From assembly GCA_035516175.1 (NCBI GenBank), contig DATJAO010000038.1, positions 28,427 to 92,426 on the forward strand: a DNA stretch of 64,000 bases. The letters are read 5' to 3'. Under the pieces are notes generated by a model, which saw nothing but the letters and a program-made list of their open reading frames with translations, ran no database searches and was not told the origin of the DNA. This DNA comes from Nitrospirota bacterium. Its GTDB lineage: Bacteria > Nitrospirota > UBA9217. This document shows positions 45,722-56,500 of this stretch, piece after piece (position 1 is the stretch's first letter; each line of letters starts with the position of its first letter). The position numbers and the translations under genes were made by a program.

Positions 45722-47518
45722 ATGAAGTGGGTCCTTGCAGAGTCTGACGATAAGGTCGTAGCCCTGCTTTCGGAGCAGGCAGGTCTGCCTCCCTTGATTG
45801 CCAGGCTGATGGTCAACAGGAGTATTTCAGATCCGACGGCGGCACAGATCTTTCTTGCGTGTGATTTGGCGGAACTGTCCGATCCCGCTCTTTTTTCCCA
45901 GATGGGAAAAGCCGTCAGCCGCATCCGGTCTGCGATAGCCGCCGGCGCACGGATCATTGTCTACGGAGACTACGATGTCGACGGCGTGACAGGCGCTTCG
46001 CTCCTGTATCTGGCGCTCAGAGACATGGGCGCCGATGCCGGTTGTTATATCCCGGACAGGCTGACCGAAGGCTATGGGCTGAATGCTCATGCCCTTCAAA
46101 AGATCAAGGCAGCGGGTGCAGGGCTCGTCATCACGGTGGACTGCGGTATCAGCAACGTGCGGGAAGCGGAACTGGCCCGCTCGCTGGGGCTCGATCTCAT
46201 TATCACCGATCACCACCAGTTTACAAATCCTAAATCCAAGCTTCTCAATCCGGAAGAAAACAGGGTCTCCTCTGAATTAGGTGCTCAGATTTCAGATGCC
46301 GGAGCTGATCTGCCAGATGCATACGCGATCCTCCATCCGGAGCTTATCTCGCTTGAGGCCTCATCATCGCAGCGGAATGCGGTGAGTGTCCTTACCGGCG
46401 TGGGCATAGCATTCAAGCTGGCGCAGGCTCTGATGGAGTTGCAAGCTGATGATAGGCGTCTGTTACATTATCTCGATCTCGTGACCCTTGGCACACTTGC
46501 AGATGTCGGCAGGATCACAGGAGAGAACAGGATTTTCGTAAAGCACGGTTTGCAGATTCTTTCTTCGGACACCGGTACGCAGAGGCCCGGCGTCGCGGCC
46601 CTTAAGCAGGTCTCCGGCCTGAGCGGGAAAGCGATCGGGGTCGGTGCCGTGGGCTTTACGCTTGCCCCAAGAATAAACGCTAGCGGCAGACTGGAGAATG
46701 CAGATGTGGCATTCCGGCTGCTCACCACGTCTTCACGCGAAGAGGCTTTGAATCTGGCCGCAATGCTCGACTCGGTGAACAGGGAACGGCAGTCCGTCGA
46801 GGAAACCATCTGGGAGGCAGCCAGGCGGCTTTGCCGGCAGATGGATGCGGCCGCGAAGGGGGCGCTCATACTGTCATCTGCCGAATGGCATCCCGGCGTC
46901 ATCGGGATCGTCGCATCGCGGATCGTGGAAGAGTTCTACCGGCCCACTGCGCTCATCAGCGTGAAGGACGGAGTAGGCAAGGGCTCGGCACGGAGCATTC
47001 CGGGCTTCGACCTCTATAAGGGACTGGCAGCGTGCGCTGACCTGCTTACAGGATTCGGCGGCCATACTTATGCGGCGGGCTTTACCATTGCTGAAAATAA
47101 CATACCCCGGTTCAGCGACAAATTGAGTACCCTCGTGCTGGAGCAGTTTGGAAATCAGGGATTCGTGCGCACGCTCTCAATCGACAGTGCCGTGACGCTC
47201 AATGATCTGACAATTGATCTGATGCAGGAGATGGAGAAGCTGGCGCCCTTCGGCCAGGGCAATCCAGAGCCACGGTTTGGCGCACGGGGACTCGAGGTAC
47301 TTTCCGCCCGAACCGTAGGCAATAACCATTTGAAGCTTAGGCTCAGACAGCAGGGCGGTAAAGCGTTCGATGCCATCGCTTTTAACCGGGGCAGCCTCCT
47401 TGGGAAACAGGTGAGGGACGGTGCGCGGCTGGCCGCCGTATTCACGCCGCGCCTGAATGCTTGGAACGGAAAAACGAGCGTGGAACTGGATATACGGGAC
47501 ATCAAGACAGACAATTGA
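45722..47518 (+). CDS. recJ: Single-stranded-DNA-specific 5'-3' exonuclease RecJ
   Basis: DHH motifs (IIVYGDYDVDGV; ITDHHQ), DHHA1 and C-terminal OB fold. 598 aa. Confidence 0.9.
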   Translation: MKWVLAESDDKVVALLSEQAGLPPLIARLMVNRSISDPTAAQIFLACDLAELSDPALFSQMGKAVSRIRSAIAAGARIIVYGDYDVDGVTGASLLYLALRDMGADAGCYIPDRLTEGYGLNAHALQKIKAAGAGLVITVDCGISNVREAELARSLGLDLIITDHHQFTNPKSKLLNPEENRVSSELGAQISDAGADLPDAYAILHPELISLEASSSQRNAVSVLTGVGIAFKLAQALMELQADDRRLLHYLDLVTLGTLADVGRITGENRIFVKHGLQILSSDTGTQRPGVAALKQVSGLSGKAIGVGAVGFTLAPRINASGRLENADVAFRLLTTSSREEALNLAAMLDSVNRERQSVEETIWEAARRLCRQMDAAAKGALILSSAEWHPGVIGIVASRIVEEFYRPTALISVKDGVGKGSARSIPGFDLYKGLAACADLLTGFGGHTYAAGFTIAENNIPRFSDKLSTLVLEQFGNQGFVRTLSIDSAVTLNDLTIDLMQEMEKLAPFGQGNPEPRFGARGLEVLSARTVGNNHLKLRLRQQGGKAFDAIAFNRGSLLGKQVRDGARLAAVFTPRLNAWNGKTSVELDIRDIKTDN

Positions 47519-47554
47519 AATTTCGAGTTGCGAATTTCTCGATTGAGGGTAACT

Positions 47555-49702
47555 ATGCCTGCAGTTCGTCTCGAAGACATAGTTGAATGCATACAGAATT
47601 ACCACCCCGACGCGGATGTGGACCTGTTGAGGCGTGCTTACATTTTCTCGGCCAAGGCGCACCAGGGACAGACGCGGCTCTCAGGAGAATCCTATCTCAT
47701 TCACCCGATAGAAGTAGCAGCCATTCTCGCCAATCTCAAGCTCGATGCGGCTACTGTGGCCGCCGGCCTGCTTCACGACACGATCGAGGACACGCCCATT
47801 ACGTCGGAGGAAATCAAGTCCATGTTCGGGGAAGAGGTCGCCATGCTCGTCGACGGCATGACCAAGCTCAGCCGCATGGAGCTCCAGAGCCGCGAGCAGC
47901 GTGAGGCTGATAATTTTCGCAAGATGATCGTGGCGATGGCCAAGGACATCAGAGTCATTCTCATCAAGCTGGCCGACAGGCTCCATAACATGCGCACTCT
48001 CAAATCGCTCCCTCCGGAAAAACAGAAGCGCATAGCCCAGGAAACGCTCGATATCTACGCCCCCCTCGCAAACCGCCTCGGTATTTCCAGGATAAAGACC
48101 GAGCTCGAAGACCTTGCATTCATGTACCTGAATCCCGAGGCATACAAGGACCTGGCCCAGAAAGTGAACAAGCGCCGCATCGAGCGCGAGTCCTATATCA
48201 ACGAACTCATCGAGATCATAAGGGGACAACTCGCGGAGCACGGGTATAAAGGCGAGGTAAGAGGCCGGCCCAAGCACTTCTACAGCATCTACCAGAAGAT
48301 GGAAAAACAGGGAATATCCTTTGAGGACGTCTACGATTTGATCGCGATCAGGATCATTACCGACACAAAGGTCAACTGCTACGCCATTCTCGGCCTCATC
48401 CACTCGCTCTGGACGCCGGTGCCCGGGCGCTTTAAGGATTTCATCGGCGTGCCCAAGTCGAATCTCTACCAATCGCTCCATACCACGGTTATTGGACCCA
48501 AGGGAGAGCGCGTAGAGTTCCAAATCCGTACAGAAGAGATGCACCGCCTTGCCGAGGAAGGCATCGCCGCACATTGGCGGTACAAGGAGAAGTCTGCCGT
48601 CAGTCAGCGCGAGGAGCAGCAGTTCGCCTGGCTCCGGCAGCTCCTCGAATGGCAGCGCGACCTTCCGGACGCCAAGGAGTTCATGGAGACGGTCAAAGGC
48701 GACCTCTTCCCGGACGTGGTCTATGTTTTCACACCCCGGGGAGACGTTAAAGAGCTGCCGCAGGGATCGACCCCCGTGGACTTCGCCTTCAGCGTTCATA
48801 CGGACATCGGTCAACAGTGCGTGGGTGCAAAGGTGAATGGCAAGATCGTCCCTCTCAAACATGTGCTCCGTAACGGCGATAAGATCGAGGTCATCACCCA
48901 GACGGGCCATACGCCTAGCCGGGATTGGCTCAAGTTCGTAAAAACCTCGAAGGCACGGACCAGAATAAAAGCATGGCTTAAGGCAGAGGAACGAAGGAGA
49001 AGCATTTTGCTCGGCCGGGAGCTCCTCGAAAAGGACCTTCGCAAGCATGAGCTCAACCCCTCCAAGATATTGAAATCCGATGACCTCGTAAAAGTGGCGA
49101 ATGACATGTCGCACAACACACTCGACGACCTGCTGGCGGCCATCGGCTACGGAAAAGTGTCGGCACACATGGTTGCGAACAAGATTGCGCCTGACCGGCC
49201 CCATATCGAGCCAATTCCCAAGAAGCCACCCCAGAAACAGGCAAAACCGTCCGGCAGCAGCATGAAGATCAGCGGAATGGAGAATATGCTTATCCATCTG
49301 TCCAAGTGCTGTAATCCCGTACCTGGCGATAAAGTGGTTGGGTTCATCACCAGGGGCAGGGGAGTGTCTATCCATACCGTGGATTGCCCTAATGTGGGCG
49401 AACTCACGTTTGATAAGGAACGGCTCGTAGAGGTCTCCTGGGGAGATTTCCAGCCTGGCGCACATGCTGTTAAAATTTCGGTTCGTACCGAGGACAAGCC
49501 CGGCCTCCTCGCAAACGTTTCCTCGTCCATCAGCGCCGCCGAGGCGAACATCACGCACGCTGAGGCAATTACCGGTGATGATAAGCAAGCGACCCTCAAC
49601 TTTACGATCGACATCAAGGACGTTGAGCATCTGAACAGGATTATCAAGAATATCGAAGTCATAAACGGAGTATTAGACGTAAAGAGGGTAAAGACTGGAT
49701 AG
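47555..49702 (+). CDS. spoT: Bifunctional (p)ppGpp synthetase/hydrolase (RelA/SpoT homolog: HD - synthetase - TGS - ACT)
   Basis: HD hydrolase motif (HPIEVAAILANL...HDTIED). Synthetase motif (DLIAIRIIT...). TGS (VYVFTPRGDVKELPQGSTPVDFA). C-terminal ACT. Confidence 0.9.
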   Translation: MPAVRLEDIVECIQNYHPDADVDLLRRAYIFSAKAHQGQTRLSGESYLIHPIEVAAILANLKLDAATVAAGLLHDTIEDTPITSEEIKSMFGEEVAMLVDGMTKLSRMELQSREQREADNFRKMIVAMAKDIRVILIKLADRLHNMRTLKSLPPEKQKRIAQETLDIYAPLANRLGISRIKTELEDLAFMYLNPEAYKDLAQKVNKRRIERESYINELIEIIRGQLAEHGYKGEVRGRPKHFYSIYQKMEKQGISFEDVYDLIAIRIITDTKVNCYAILGLIHSLWTPVPGRFKDFIGVPKSNLYQSLHTTVIGPKGERVEFQIRTEEMHRLAEEGIAAHWRYKEKSAVSQREEQQFAWLRQLLEWQRDLPDAKEFMETVKGDLFPDVVYVFTPRGDVKELPQGSTPVDFAFSVHTDIGQQCVGAKVNGKIVPLKHVLRNGDKIEVITQTGHTPSRDWLKFVKTSKARTRIKAWLKAEERRRSILLGRELLEKDLRKHELNPSKILKSDDLVKVANDMSHNTLDDLLAAIGYGKVSAHMVANKIAPDRPHIEPIPKKPPQKQAKPSGSSMKISGMENMLIHLSKCCNPVPGDKVVGFITRGRGVSIHTVDCPNVGELTFDKERLVEVSWGDFQPGAHAVKISVRTEDKPGLLANVSSSISAAEANITHAEAITGDDKQATLNFTIDIKDVEHLNRIIKNIEVINGVLDVKRVKTG

Positions 49703-49944
49703 AGACTTGGCTTCGCAGAGAGTGCCTTCCAAAGTATTAAGAACATTCCATAATAATCGTCACATAAATGCCTGACAGTCATTGATATCAAAGTCAAAGA
49801 TATGACACGATACATCCAAGCTGGAGATGGTCATTGCTAAGAGAAATCGCTAGTTGAATTACTTAATAGTTTACTTTAATTAATAATTAAATAAAATAAT
49901 CAATATATTACAGATTTAATTTAAAGTTTTTAAGGAGGTTTTTT

Positions 49945-50328
49945 ATGGCGAGAAAAATCATAAAAACTGCGAATGCACCTCAAGCAATAGGGCCTTACTC
50001 TCAGGCTGTGGAGGCTGGTGGATTCGTATTCGTTTCAGGCCAGATACCAATCGATCCTAAAACCGGGAATGTTCTCCAAGGTGACATAAAATCTCAGGCC
50101 AAACAGGTAATGGAAAATGCCAAGGCCATCCTAGACGCAGCCGGATGCAGCATGCCTGATGTTGTAAAGTCCACTATCTATCTCAAGAACATGGCAGATT
50201 TTGCCGTCGTGAACGAGGTCTATGGGGGTTATTATTTGTCAGACCATCCGGCTCGCGCTACGATAGAAGTCTCCCGGCTGCCAAAGGATGTTGGCGTTGA
50301 GATGGATTTTGTCGCGTGGAAGAAGTGA
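49945..50328 (+). CDS. ridA: RidA/YjgF-family reactive enamine/imine deaminase
   Basis: 127 aa. Conserved RidA pattern ([12 protein letters not shown]...GQIP...PARATIEV). Confidence 0.85.
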   Translation: MARKIIKTANAPQAIGPYSQAVEAGGFVFVSGQIPIDPKTGNVLQGDIKSQAKQVMENAKAILDAAGCSMPDVVKSTIYLKNMADFAVVNEVYGGYYLSDHPARATIEVSRLPKDVGVEMDFVAWKK

Positions 50329-50338
50329 TCGCCGACCA

Positions 50339-50935
50339 TCAACAGAAATTCTGGGTTATGTAAACCTTGTCATCAGGAGAGATCGCCACGCCGATTCCCT
50401 CGCTTTTCCAGTAAGGCGTAAGTATGTTCTTTCTGTGTCCCTGGCTGTTCATCCACCCATATACCGTTGATTCCGCTATCTGCCCCGCGGTATTCCAGTC
50501 ATAATGCGCTACACCATCCATGAACACAACCCGATCATAAAGATTGTTCTGAAAGATGTTTTCGGCGCCCGTATAATATATGTTTCCCTGACCATGGACA
50601 GCACAGGAATAGCCGGCCTGGCTGTATCGGTACGAGAAGTCATGTCCTTCCGGGGTGACGTGGCTGAAATAATTTCTCATCGCCATGTCTTGACTATGTT
50701 TTCTCGCGATGCTGGACAGCGTATCATTCCATGCGAGTGGGGACAAACCTTGCTTCTGCCGCTCCCTGTTGATGAGATCGTGAATATTCCTTTCCAGTTT
50801 CGAAATGTTTATGGAAGGCCTGTTGCCGTGCTCATAAGCGCGACCTGTGCGGCTTGACTGGGGCGTCGCGCATGAAATGAGACAGGGTATCAGAAAGAGC
50901 AGCAATCCGATAGAGAGGATGAAGATCTTCGTCAT
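50339..50935 (-). CDS. CAP-domain (SCP/PR-1/YkwD-like) lipoprotein
   Basis: Start chosen at MTKIFILSIGLLLFLIPCLISCA (lipobox LISC). CAP motifs HSQDMAMRNYFSH and GENI...; 198 aa. Confidence 0.65.
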   Translation of the reverse strand: MTKIFILSIGLLLFLIPCLISCATPQSSRTGRAYEHGNRPSINISKLERNIHDLINRERQKQGLSPLAWNDTLSSIARKHSQDMAMRNYFSHVTPEGHDFSYRYSQAGYSCAVHGQGNIYYTGAENIFQNNLYDRVVFMDGVAHYDWNTAGQIAESTVYGWMNSQGHRKNILTPYWKSEGIGVAISPDDKVYITQNFC

Positions 50936-51141
50936 TTCTTTTTCAGCAACATGTAATCTAGCCATTCTTTGCTTTCCCTGATAGAGGAATTGATCCAAGG
51001 AGCTACTTTGATTCACGAAAGCAGTCCTTGTCAAATACTCTGACCCTGCGATTCTATGAAAAACCAGAAAACAACAACCTGTGTTATTTTATGTTTGCAA
51101 TTTTATCATCTTTCGTATATTATTGCCCCTAATTGTATATT

Positions 51142-52614
51142 ATGAAAATCTCTTATCGATCATACTTCGCATACAATACTGTCGTTCTGTTGTCATTGGC
51201 TTTCCTTTTGTTCAGTTGCGCTCACCCGACGGCCCCTGTTATCGAGAGCAAAAGTGTTGTCCCTGCCGAACCCTCACCTCCGATCAAAACCGTGACTCCC
51301 GAAGAAAAACCGGCATCTTCTTCTGTGATCGCCCTCGAAAGCGTTGATCCGGCGCCGGCCGAAATTATGCCGATCTCTCAGGACGAGAAAAACACGCCCG
51401 AGGTGAAAAAAGAAAACGGTGAGGATGATCAGGCGCTCCTTGATACCGCTCTGGAACTTACTGAAACAGCCCAGGAGTATTGGGAAGACAGCGACATGGA
51501 CGAGGCGATCGATTCACTGGACCAGGCCTATGCGCTCATCCTGAAGGTCCCCGGCAACAATTCAAAGCTTTCACAGCAGAAGGAAGATCTCCGGTTCATG
51601 ATCTCTAAACGGATCATGGAGTTGTACGCATCCCGCCATGTAGCAGTACAGGGCAACCACGATGCGATTCCCATGACCGTCAATGATCACGTGATGCGCG
51701 AGATCCAGTCGTTTCAGACCACGGAACGAGATTTCTTCCTGGAAGCTTATGGACGATCGGGCATGTACCGCGGTGAGATCGTCAAATCGTTGAAGGAAGC
51801 CGGACTCCCCGAGGAACTTTCGTGGCTGCCGCTCATCGAGAGCGGATTCAAGGTAAGGGCCTTATCGCGCTCGCGGGCGCTTGGCCTGTGGCAGTTCATC
51901 CCTTCCACGGGTTACAAGTTCGGGCTCAAGAGGAACACCTGGATCGACGAAAGGCTGGACCCGGAAAAATCCACTGAAGCAGCCATTGCTTATCTAAAAG
52001 AACTGCACGAGATGTTCGGCGATTGGGCAACGGTCCTCGCGGCCTATAACTGCGGCGAAGGTTCAGTAGCGCGGGTGATCAGAGAGCAAAAGGTCGATTA
52101 CCTGGATAACTTCTGGGATTTCTACGAGCGGCTTCCGCGTGAGACTGCACGATATTTCCCGAGGTTCCTCGCCGTCCTCGCCATCATCAAGGACCCGGCA
52201 CAGTACGGCTTTACTCTGGAAGCACCCGACCAGCCCATTTCGCACGAGACGGTTACCGTCGAGCGTCCGATCCATTTAAAAACAGTCGCTGACAACCTGG
52301 GAGTCGATCTGGAAGACCTCACCATATTGAACCCCGAACTGCGGCGCGACGCAACGCCCGATGCTCCCTATGCCCTCAAAGTTCCGCCCGGGAAAGGGGA
52401 CGTGCTGATGGCATCACTTGACAAGCTGCCGAAGTGGTCTCCGCCAAAGGTGGAATACGTTGTCCATCGCGTTCGGCGCGGGGAGACCCTTTCACTGATC
52501 GCGTACCGGTACCGGACAAGCATTCAGAGAATTCTTGAAGCGAACAACATCCGTTCGGGCAGAATGCTCCGTGTTGGCCAGCGGCTGAAGATCCCGACCA
52601 GAAGTACCACATAA
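51142..52614 (+). CDS. mltD: Membrane-bound lytic murein transglycosylase (MltD-like: SLT domain plus C-terminal LysM)
   Basis: Lipobox LLFSCA. SLT catalytic region ESGFKVRALSRSRALGLWQFIPSTG. C-terminal LysM (YVVHRVRRGETLSLIAYRY...LRVGQRLKIP). Confidence 0.8.
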   Translation: MKISYRSYFAYNTVVLLSLAFLLFSCAHPTAPVIESKSVVPAEPSPPIKTVTPEEKPASSSVIALESVDPAPAEIMPISQDEKNTPEVKKENGEDDQALLDTALELTETAQEYWEDSDMDEAIDSLDQAYALILKVPGNNSKLSQQKEDLRFMISKRIMELYASRHVAVQGNHDAIPMTVNDHVMREIQSFQTTERDFFLEAYGRSGMYRGEIVKSLKEAGLPEELSWLPLIESGFKVRALSRSRALGLWQFIPSTGYKFGLKRNTWIDERLDPEKSTEAAIAYLKELHEMFGDWATVLAAYNCGEGSVARVIREQKVDYLDNFWDFYERLPRETARYFPRFLAVLAIIKDPAQYGFTLEAPDQPISHETVTVERPIHLKTVADNLGVDLEDLTILNPELRRDATPDAPYALKVPPGKGDVLMASLDKLPKWSPPKVEYVVHRVRRGETLSLIAYRYRTSIQRILEANNIRSGRMLRVGQRLKIPTRSTT

Positions 52615-52732
52615 TCCCGACAAGCCGGCATCCAAAAAACCCCTGAGCCGCTAAGGCGCCAAGAGCGCGACGATATTTCAAACATTCATTTCAGAATCTG
52701 TGATTTCCTTTCCGTTCATTGAGGAATCGCGG

Positions 52733-53041
52733 TTAATCTTCTTTCGGGCCTCTCAGCGTAACGATCGTCGCTCCCCATCCTCCTGCATCTTCCTCAGCGG
52801 TCCGAAATGACTCTACATAAGGCAGCTTTTCAAGAATCGACTGCACAGTACGCCTGAGTGTTCCATTTCCTTTTCCGTGAATGATCCGCACCTGGAGGAT
52901 GCCGTGCTCACGGCAGGCGATAAGATAGTCCGGCACGATATCCTTCACTTCACCCGGATGAAAAGTGTGAAGGTCAAGAGTTCCGTCTATGGGTTGTTCA
53001 ATTGGATCGATAATCATCATATGCCGATGATAGCGAGGCAT
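52733..53041 (-). CDS. Smr (small MutS-related) domain protein
   Basis: 102 aa. Smr signature ([11 protein letters not shown]...[14 protein letters not shown]). Confidence 0.7.
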   Translation of the reverse strand: MPRYHRHMMIIDPIEQPIDGTLDLHTFHPGEVKDIVPDYLIACREHGILQVRIIHGKGNGTLRRTVQSILEKLPYVESFRTAEEDAGGWGATIVTLRGPKED

Positions 53042-53514
53042 TAAAGATCGAGAGCTTTTTTCGAGTATAAGTCTGCAAGGCGGTCCTTGCTGCAGAAGTC
53101 AAGGTAGTACCGCAGCTATTGTTCCTAATACCCCTGCCGCTCGGATGGAACGTCCCTTTTTTCTAGAAGTGCAACAAAGCCTATTGATGTCTTAGGTGAG
53201 ATAATGAGCTTGGGGCATTCATTGATTAAATGTAGTCAATCAATTTGCGGTGCTGACCAACGAGGAAGTATAACTATATTAAAAGGCTATGTCAATTTTA
53301 GTTTTACAAGAGGGCCTGTTTTTGCTAAACTTTTTTTGTCCCCCCTCTGTCCCTTGTATGCGCAAACGCATGAGGAGGTGCAATATATCAAGGGATACCT
53401 GGGCGGCACGAGGTCCAAGTTACCTCCTGAGTATGTGAAAGCGACAGAGAATACAGTGTACCATGGGCTGAAAATTAATTCTTTCTAGTGAAAAAATTAT
53501 TGGGGGCTTGAAAA

Positions 53515-54228
53515 TTGAAGAACTATCTGTTTATCCACGGCGCATTGCGCGGGGCCTGGCTGTGGGACCGCGTTATCCCTCTTATGCAGAAGAAGGGTGG
53601 GGCGAACATCATCGCTCTCGACCTCCCCGGCCATGGTAAAAGGGCCGCCGAACGGGCGGGAGTGGACATGAGTGCGTACATCAATGACGTTATTTCCTGT
53701 ATCAAAAAACAGAAACTCACTGATATTATCCTTGTGGGACACAGCATGTCGGGGATAATTATCAGCAAGGTCGCGGAAGGAGTGCCGGAGCGCATTCGCC
53801 ACCTTGTTTATCTTGCTGCAGTGGTGCCGCGCGACGGGGACGCGCTCATCGACCTGCTTACGAAAGAACGGCAGGAGAGTCTTCGCAAGCTGGAGGGCAA
53901 GGTTTCGGATATTTATGGGCCGATCGATGCGCTCAGGCCGCTCTATTTCACAGATCTGCCGGACGGCGAGGAGAAAGAGTCTTTCCTAAAACAGCTGACG
54001 CCGCAGCCTCTCGCTGCTTTCTTTGAAAAGATAACACTCAAACGTTTTTACGATCTGAAAATTCCGAGGATCTATGTGATGGGTCTGAGGGATAAGAGTC
54101 TGCCGCCTGAGCTTACGAGAGGCTTCGCCGACCGGCTCGGCGTGGAGCCTGTTGAGATCGACGCAGGCCACGATATGATGATCTCACGGCCAGAAGAAGT
54201 TGCCAAAGTCCTGCTGAACATACCATGA
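53515..54228 (+). CDS. Alpha/beta-fold hydrolase (methylesterase/hydroxynitrile-lyase-like)
   Basis: YLFIHGA oxyanion-region motif, nucleophile elbow GHSMSG, catalytic His near the C-terminus (GHDMMISRP). Confidence 0.7.
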   Translation: MKNYLFIHGALRGAWLWDRVIPLMQKKGGANIIALDLPGHGKRAAERAGVDMSAYINDVISCIKKQKLTDIILVGHSMSGIIISKVAEGVPERIRHLVYLAAVVPRDGDALIDLLTKERQESLRKLEGKVSDIYGPIDALRPLYFTDLPDGEEKESFLKQLTPQPLAAFFEKITLKRFYDLKIPRIYVMGLRDKSLPPELTRGFADRLGVEPVEIDAGHDMMISRPEEVAKVLLNIP

Positions 54229-54514
54229 GTGCAACGATTGAGGGCGATTGGCAACTTACGGCCCAAATTCTTGCCAAAATGGCGCAAAAAATCACAAAGC
54301 CTGTATCCTCACTGGTAGCACCAAAGGTAGCATTATCATTGATACGACACTGAATTTTAGCCGCGAACAGGCATAGCAGTTAACTCTGGTCCTTTTCCCC
54401 GCTACAGCAGGTTTTTTATCTCTCATTTCAAATTTGCTCCGCTCCGTTAGCGTCTTCCCCAAAATCTGGTATAATATAAAATGAATAAGCAGGGACATCG
54501 TGAAGGAGCGGACC

Positions 54515-55291
54515 ATGGCAACCATGACAAATGAAAGCTTGCTGAATGAGAGGCACGACGCACTAGTACACATGAAAAATCCTGTTAGACTGGTCCTGTT
54601 CACCAGCGATGTGGGATGTGAATCCTGTCCCGATGACCGCAAGCTTGCCCGTGCGATAAAGACCCATTCGCCGAAAATCGCCCTCGAAGAGTACGACTTG
54701 GTGATGGACCGGGACAAAACTACGCAGTACGGTATCAGAAGGGTGCCTGCCATAGTCGTTCAGGGGGAAGAGGGTTACACGGCCGCCTTTTACGGCTTGA
54801 TCGAAAATGTTTTCTTTGGCGTGCTTCTCGATACCATCTTGGCGGTTTCGAAAAAAAAAGTATGGTTCCAGGAAGAGATCAGAAATACCCTGAAGCGGCT
54901 TGTACGGGACGTCAGGATACAAGTATATGTGGAAAGCGATTGTCCTCAGTGCCGGCCCGTGGCAGAAACAGCGATCGGGCTGGCGCTGGAAAGCAAACTT
55001 ATTTATACCGATATTATCATTGCGAGTGATTTCCCGGAACTCATAAAAAAATACGATATCAAGACCCTGCCCAAGACTATCTTCGGGGAGAACCTGCACA
55101 TGGACGGCCATGTTACGGAGAGTGAATTCCTGGAGATGATCTTCAAGGCAGAAGGAGTGCTGCCGTCCCAGGCCAAACGATGTCTTACCTGCGGTAAACC
55201 GTCATCGGATCTCATTTGTATGGAATGTAAGACCAGAATACAGGCTGAAGCAGTCGAGCATAAACGCAAAACCGAGAAGGCAACACGATAA
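54515..55291 (+). CDS. Glutaredoxin/thioredoxin-like protein-disulfide oxidoreductase with two thioredoxin-fold units (CESC, CPQC) and a C-terminal Cys4 zinc ribbon
   Basis: Two CxxC active sites (CESCPD; CPQCRP), each preceded by a beta-strand/loop context. C-terminal CLTCGK...CMEC. GAAGGAG RBS before the ATG at 54515. Confidence 0.6.
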   Translation: MATMTNESLLNERHDALVHMKNPVRLVLFTSDVGCESCPDDRKLARAIKTHSPKIALEEYDLVMDRDKTTQYGIRRVPAIVVQGEEGYTAAFYGLIENVFFGVLLDTILAVSKKKVWFQEEIRNTLKRLVRDVRIQVYVESDCPQCRPVAETAIGLALESKLIYTDIIIASDFPELIKKYDIKTLPKTIFGENLHMDGHVTESEFLEMIFKAEGVLPSQAKRCLTCGKPSSDLICMECKTRIQAEAVEHKRKTEKATR

Positions 55292-55385
55292 AGCGTATCG
55301 ACTGAATCATTCCCGCGACATTTATCGAGATCGAGGGAAGAGACCTTGGATCCTGTTCATCCAGTCTCATGCAAGGTATTGATCT

Positions 55386-56396
55386 ATGAAGGAAGCAATG
55401 TTCCAGGAGGCGCGAGAAGGGAACAAGGTGCAGTGTGCTCTCTGCAGCCACCGCTGCCTCATCTCTCCCGGGAAACGGGGCATCTGTGCCGTACGGGAGA
55501 ACAGGGACGGCACCCTCTATAGCCTTGTGTATGATAAGGTGATAGCACAGAATATCGACCCTATCGAGAAGAAGCCGCTCTTTCATTTTCAGCCCGGCAG
55601 CCTGTCCTATTCCATCGCGACGCCTGGTTGTAACTTCCGGTGCAGACATTGCCAAAATGCCGATATCTCACAACTCCCCCGTGACCATGGAGGTGTCGTC
55701 CTCGGGGAGGAGGTGGCGCCGTCCGCCATAGTTGCCAACGCTCTCAAGACCCGCTGCACAAGCATTTCATACACCTACACAGAACCTACGATCTACTTCG
55801 AACTTGCCTATGACACGGCTCGTCTGGCAGTCGAGGCAGGGCTCAGGAACGTGTTCGTGACGAATGGATACATCACGCCTGAGGCTCTCGATGTGATCCG
55901 GCCGTATCTCCATGCTGCGAATATCGATCTCAAAGGGTTTACGGATGATTTTTACAAGAACATCTGCGGCGCCAGGCTTCAGCCCGTGCTCGATGCGATC
56001 AGGCTCTATAAGGAATTCGGAATCTGGATCGAGATTACCACGCTTGTCATCCCCGGCCACAACGATTCAGATGAAGAGCTCAGAGGCATCGCAAGATTCA
56101 TCAGATCAGTGGGCGAGGATATTCCCTGGCATGTTACAAGGTTCCATCCCACGTATAAGCTGATAGATCAACCGCGTACGCCTCTCGCTACATTAAAGCG
56201 CGCGCAGAAGATCGGTTTCGAGGCAGGGCTTAGATACGTGTATGAGGGCAACATCCCAGGAGAGGGTGAGGATACGGTATGCTGGAGCTGCAAAAAGCCG
56301 CTCGTCAAACGGATCGGGTTCTCTGTTGAGGAGAACAGGATAAAAGAGGGAAAATGTTCTTACTGCAGTGTGGTAATTGACGGGGTGTGGGGATAG
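55386..56396 (+). CDS. Radical SAM enzyme of the AmmeMemoRadiSam (PflA-like) type
   Basis: CNFRCRHCQN CxxxCxxC cluster. N-terminal QCALCSHRCLISPGKRGICAVREN second Cys cluster and IDPIEKKPLFHFQPGS motif, both characteristic of the AmmeMemoSam_rS subfamily. Confidence 0.65.
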   Translation: MKEAMFQEAREGNKVQCALCSHRCLISPGKRGICAVRENRDGTLYSLVYDKVIAQNIDPIEKKPLFHFQPGSLSYSIATPGCNFRCRHCQNADISQLPRDHGGVVLGEEVAPSAIVANALKTRCTSISYTYTEPTIYFELAYDTARLAVEAGLRNVFVTNGYITPEALDVIRPYLHAANIDLKGFTDDFYKNICGARLQPVLDAIRLYKEFGIWIEITTLVIPGHNDSDEELRGIARFIRSVGEDIPWHVTRFHPTYKLIDQPRTPLATLKRAQKIGFEAGLRYVYEGNIPGEGEDTVCWSCKKPLVKRIGFSVEENRIKEGKCSYCSVVIDGVWG

Positions 56397-56500
56397 GACG
56401 GAATACAGGAGTCAGAAGGCAGAAGTCAAATAGAAACGGATAGCCTCAGAATTTAGCGTGAGGATTAACGGTCATAAAAAGTGTCTGAACAGACTATTCG

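Noticed and set aside
47681-49630. 649 aa ORF on the minus strand, fully antisense to relA/spoT
   Set aside because: It overlaps a gene with unmistakable RelA/SpoT motifs on the other strand. Its translation is low-complexity Arg/Leu/Gly/Val-rich, as expected from reading GC-rich codons backwards, and has no recognisable domain. Many similar shadow ORFs (e.g. 17006..17734, 37352..37864, 56775..57764) were dismissed for the same reason.
53204-53488. 94 aa ORF in the 470 bp gap between the Smr gene and the alpha/beta hydrolase
   Set aside because: No RBS, no domain signature and unusual composition. It is kept only as a possibility. The gap probably carries promoters for the two divergent and adjacent genes.
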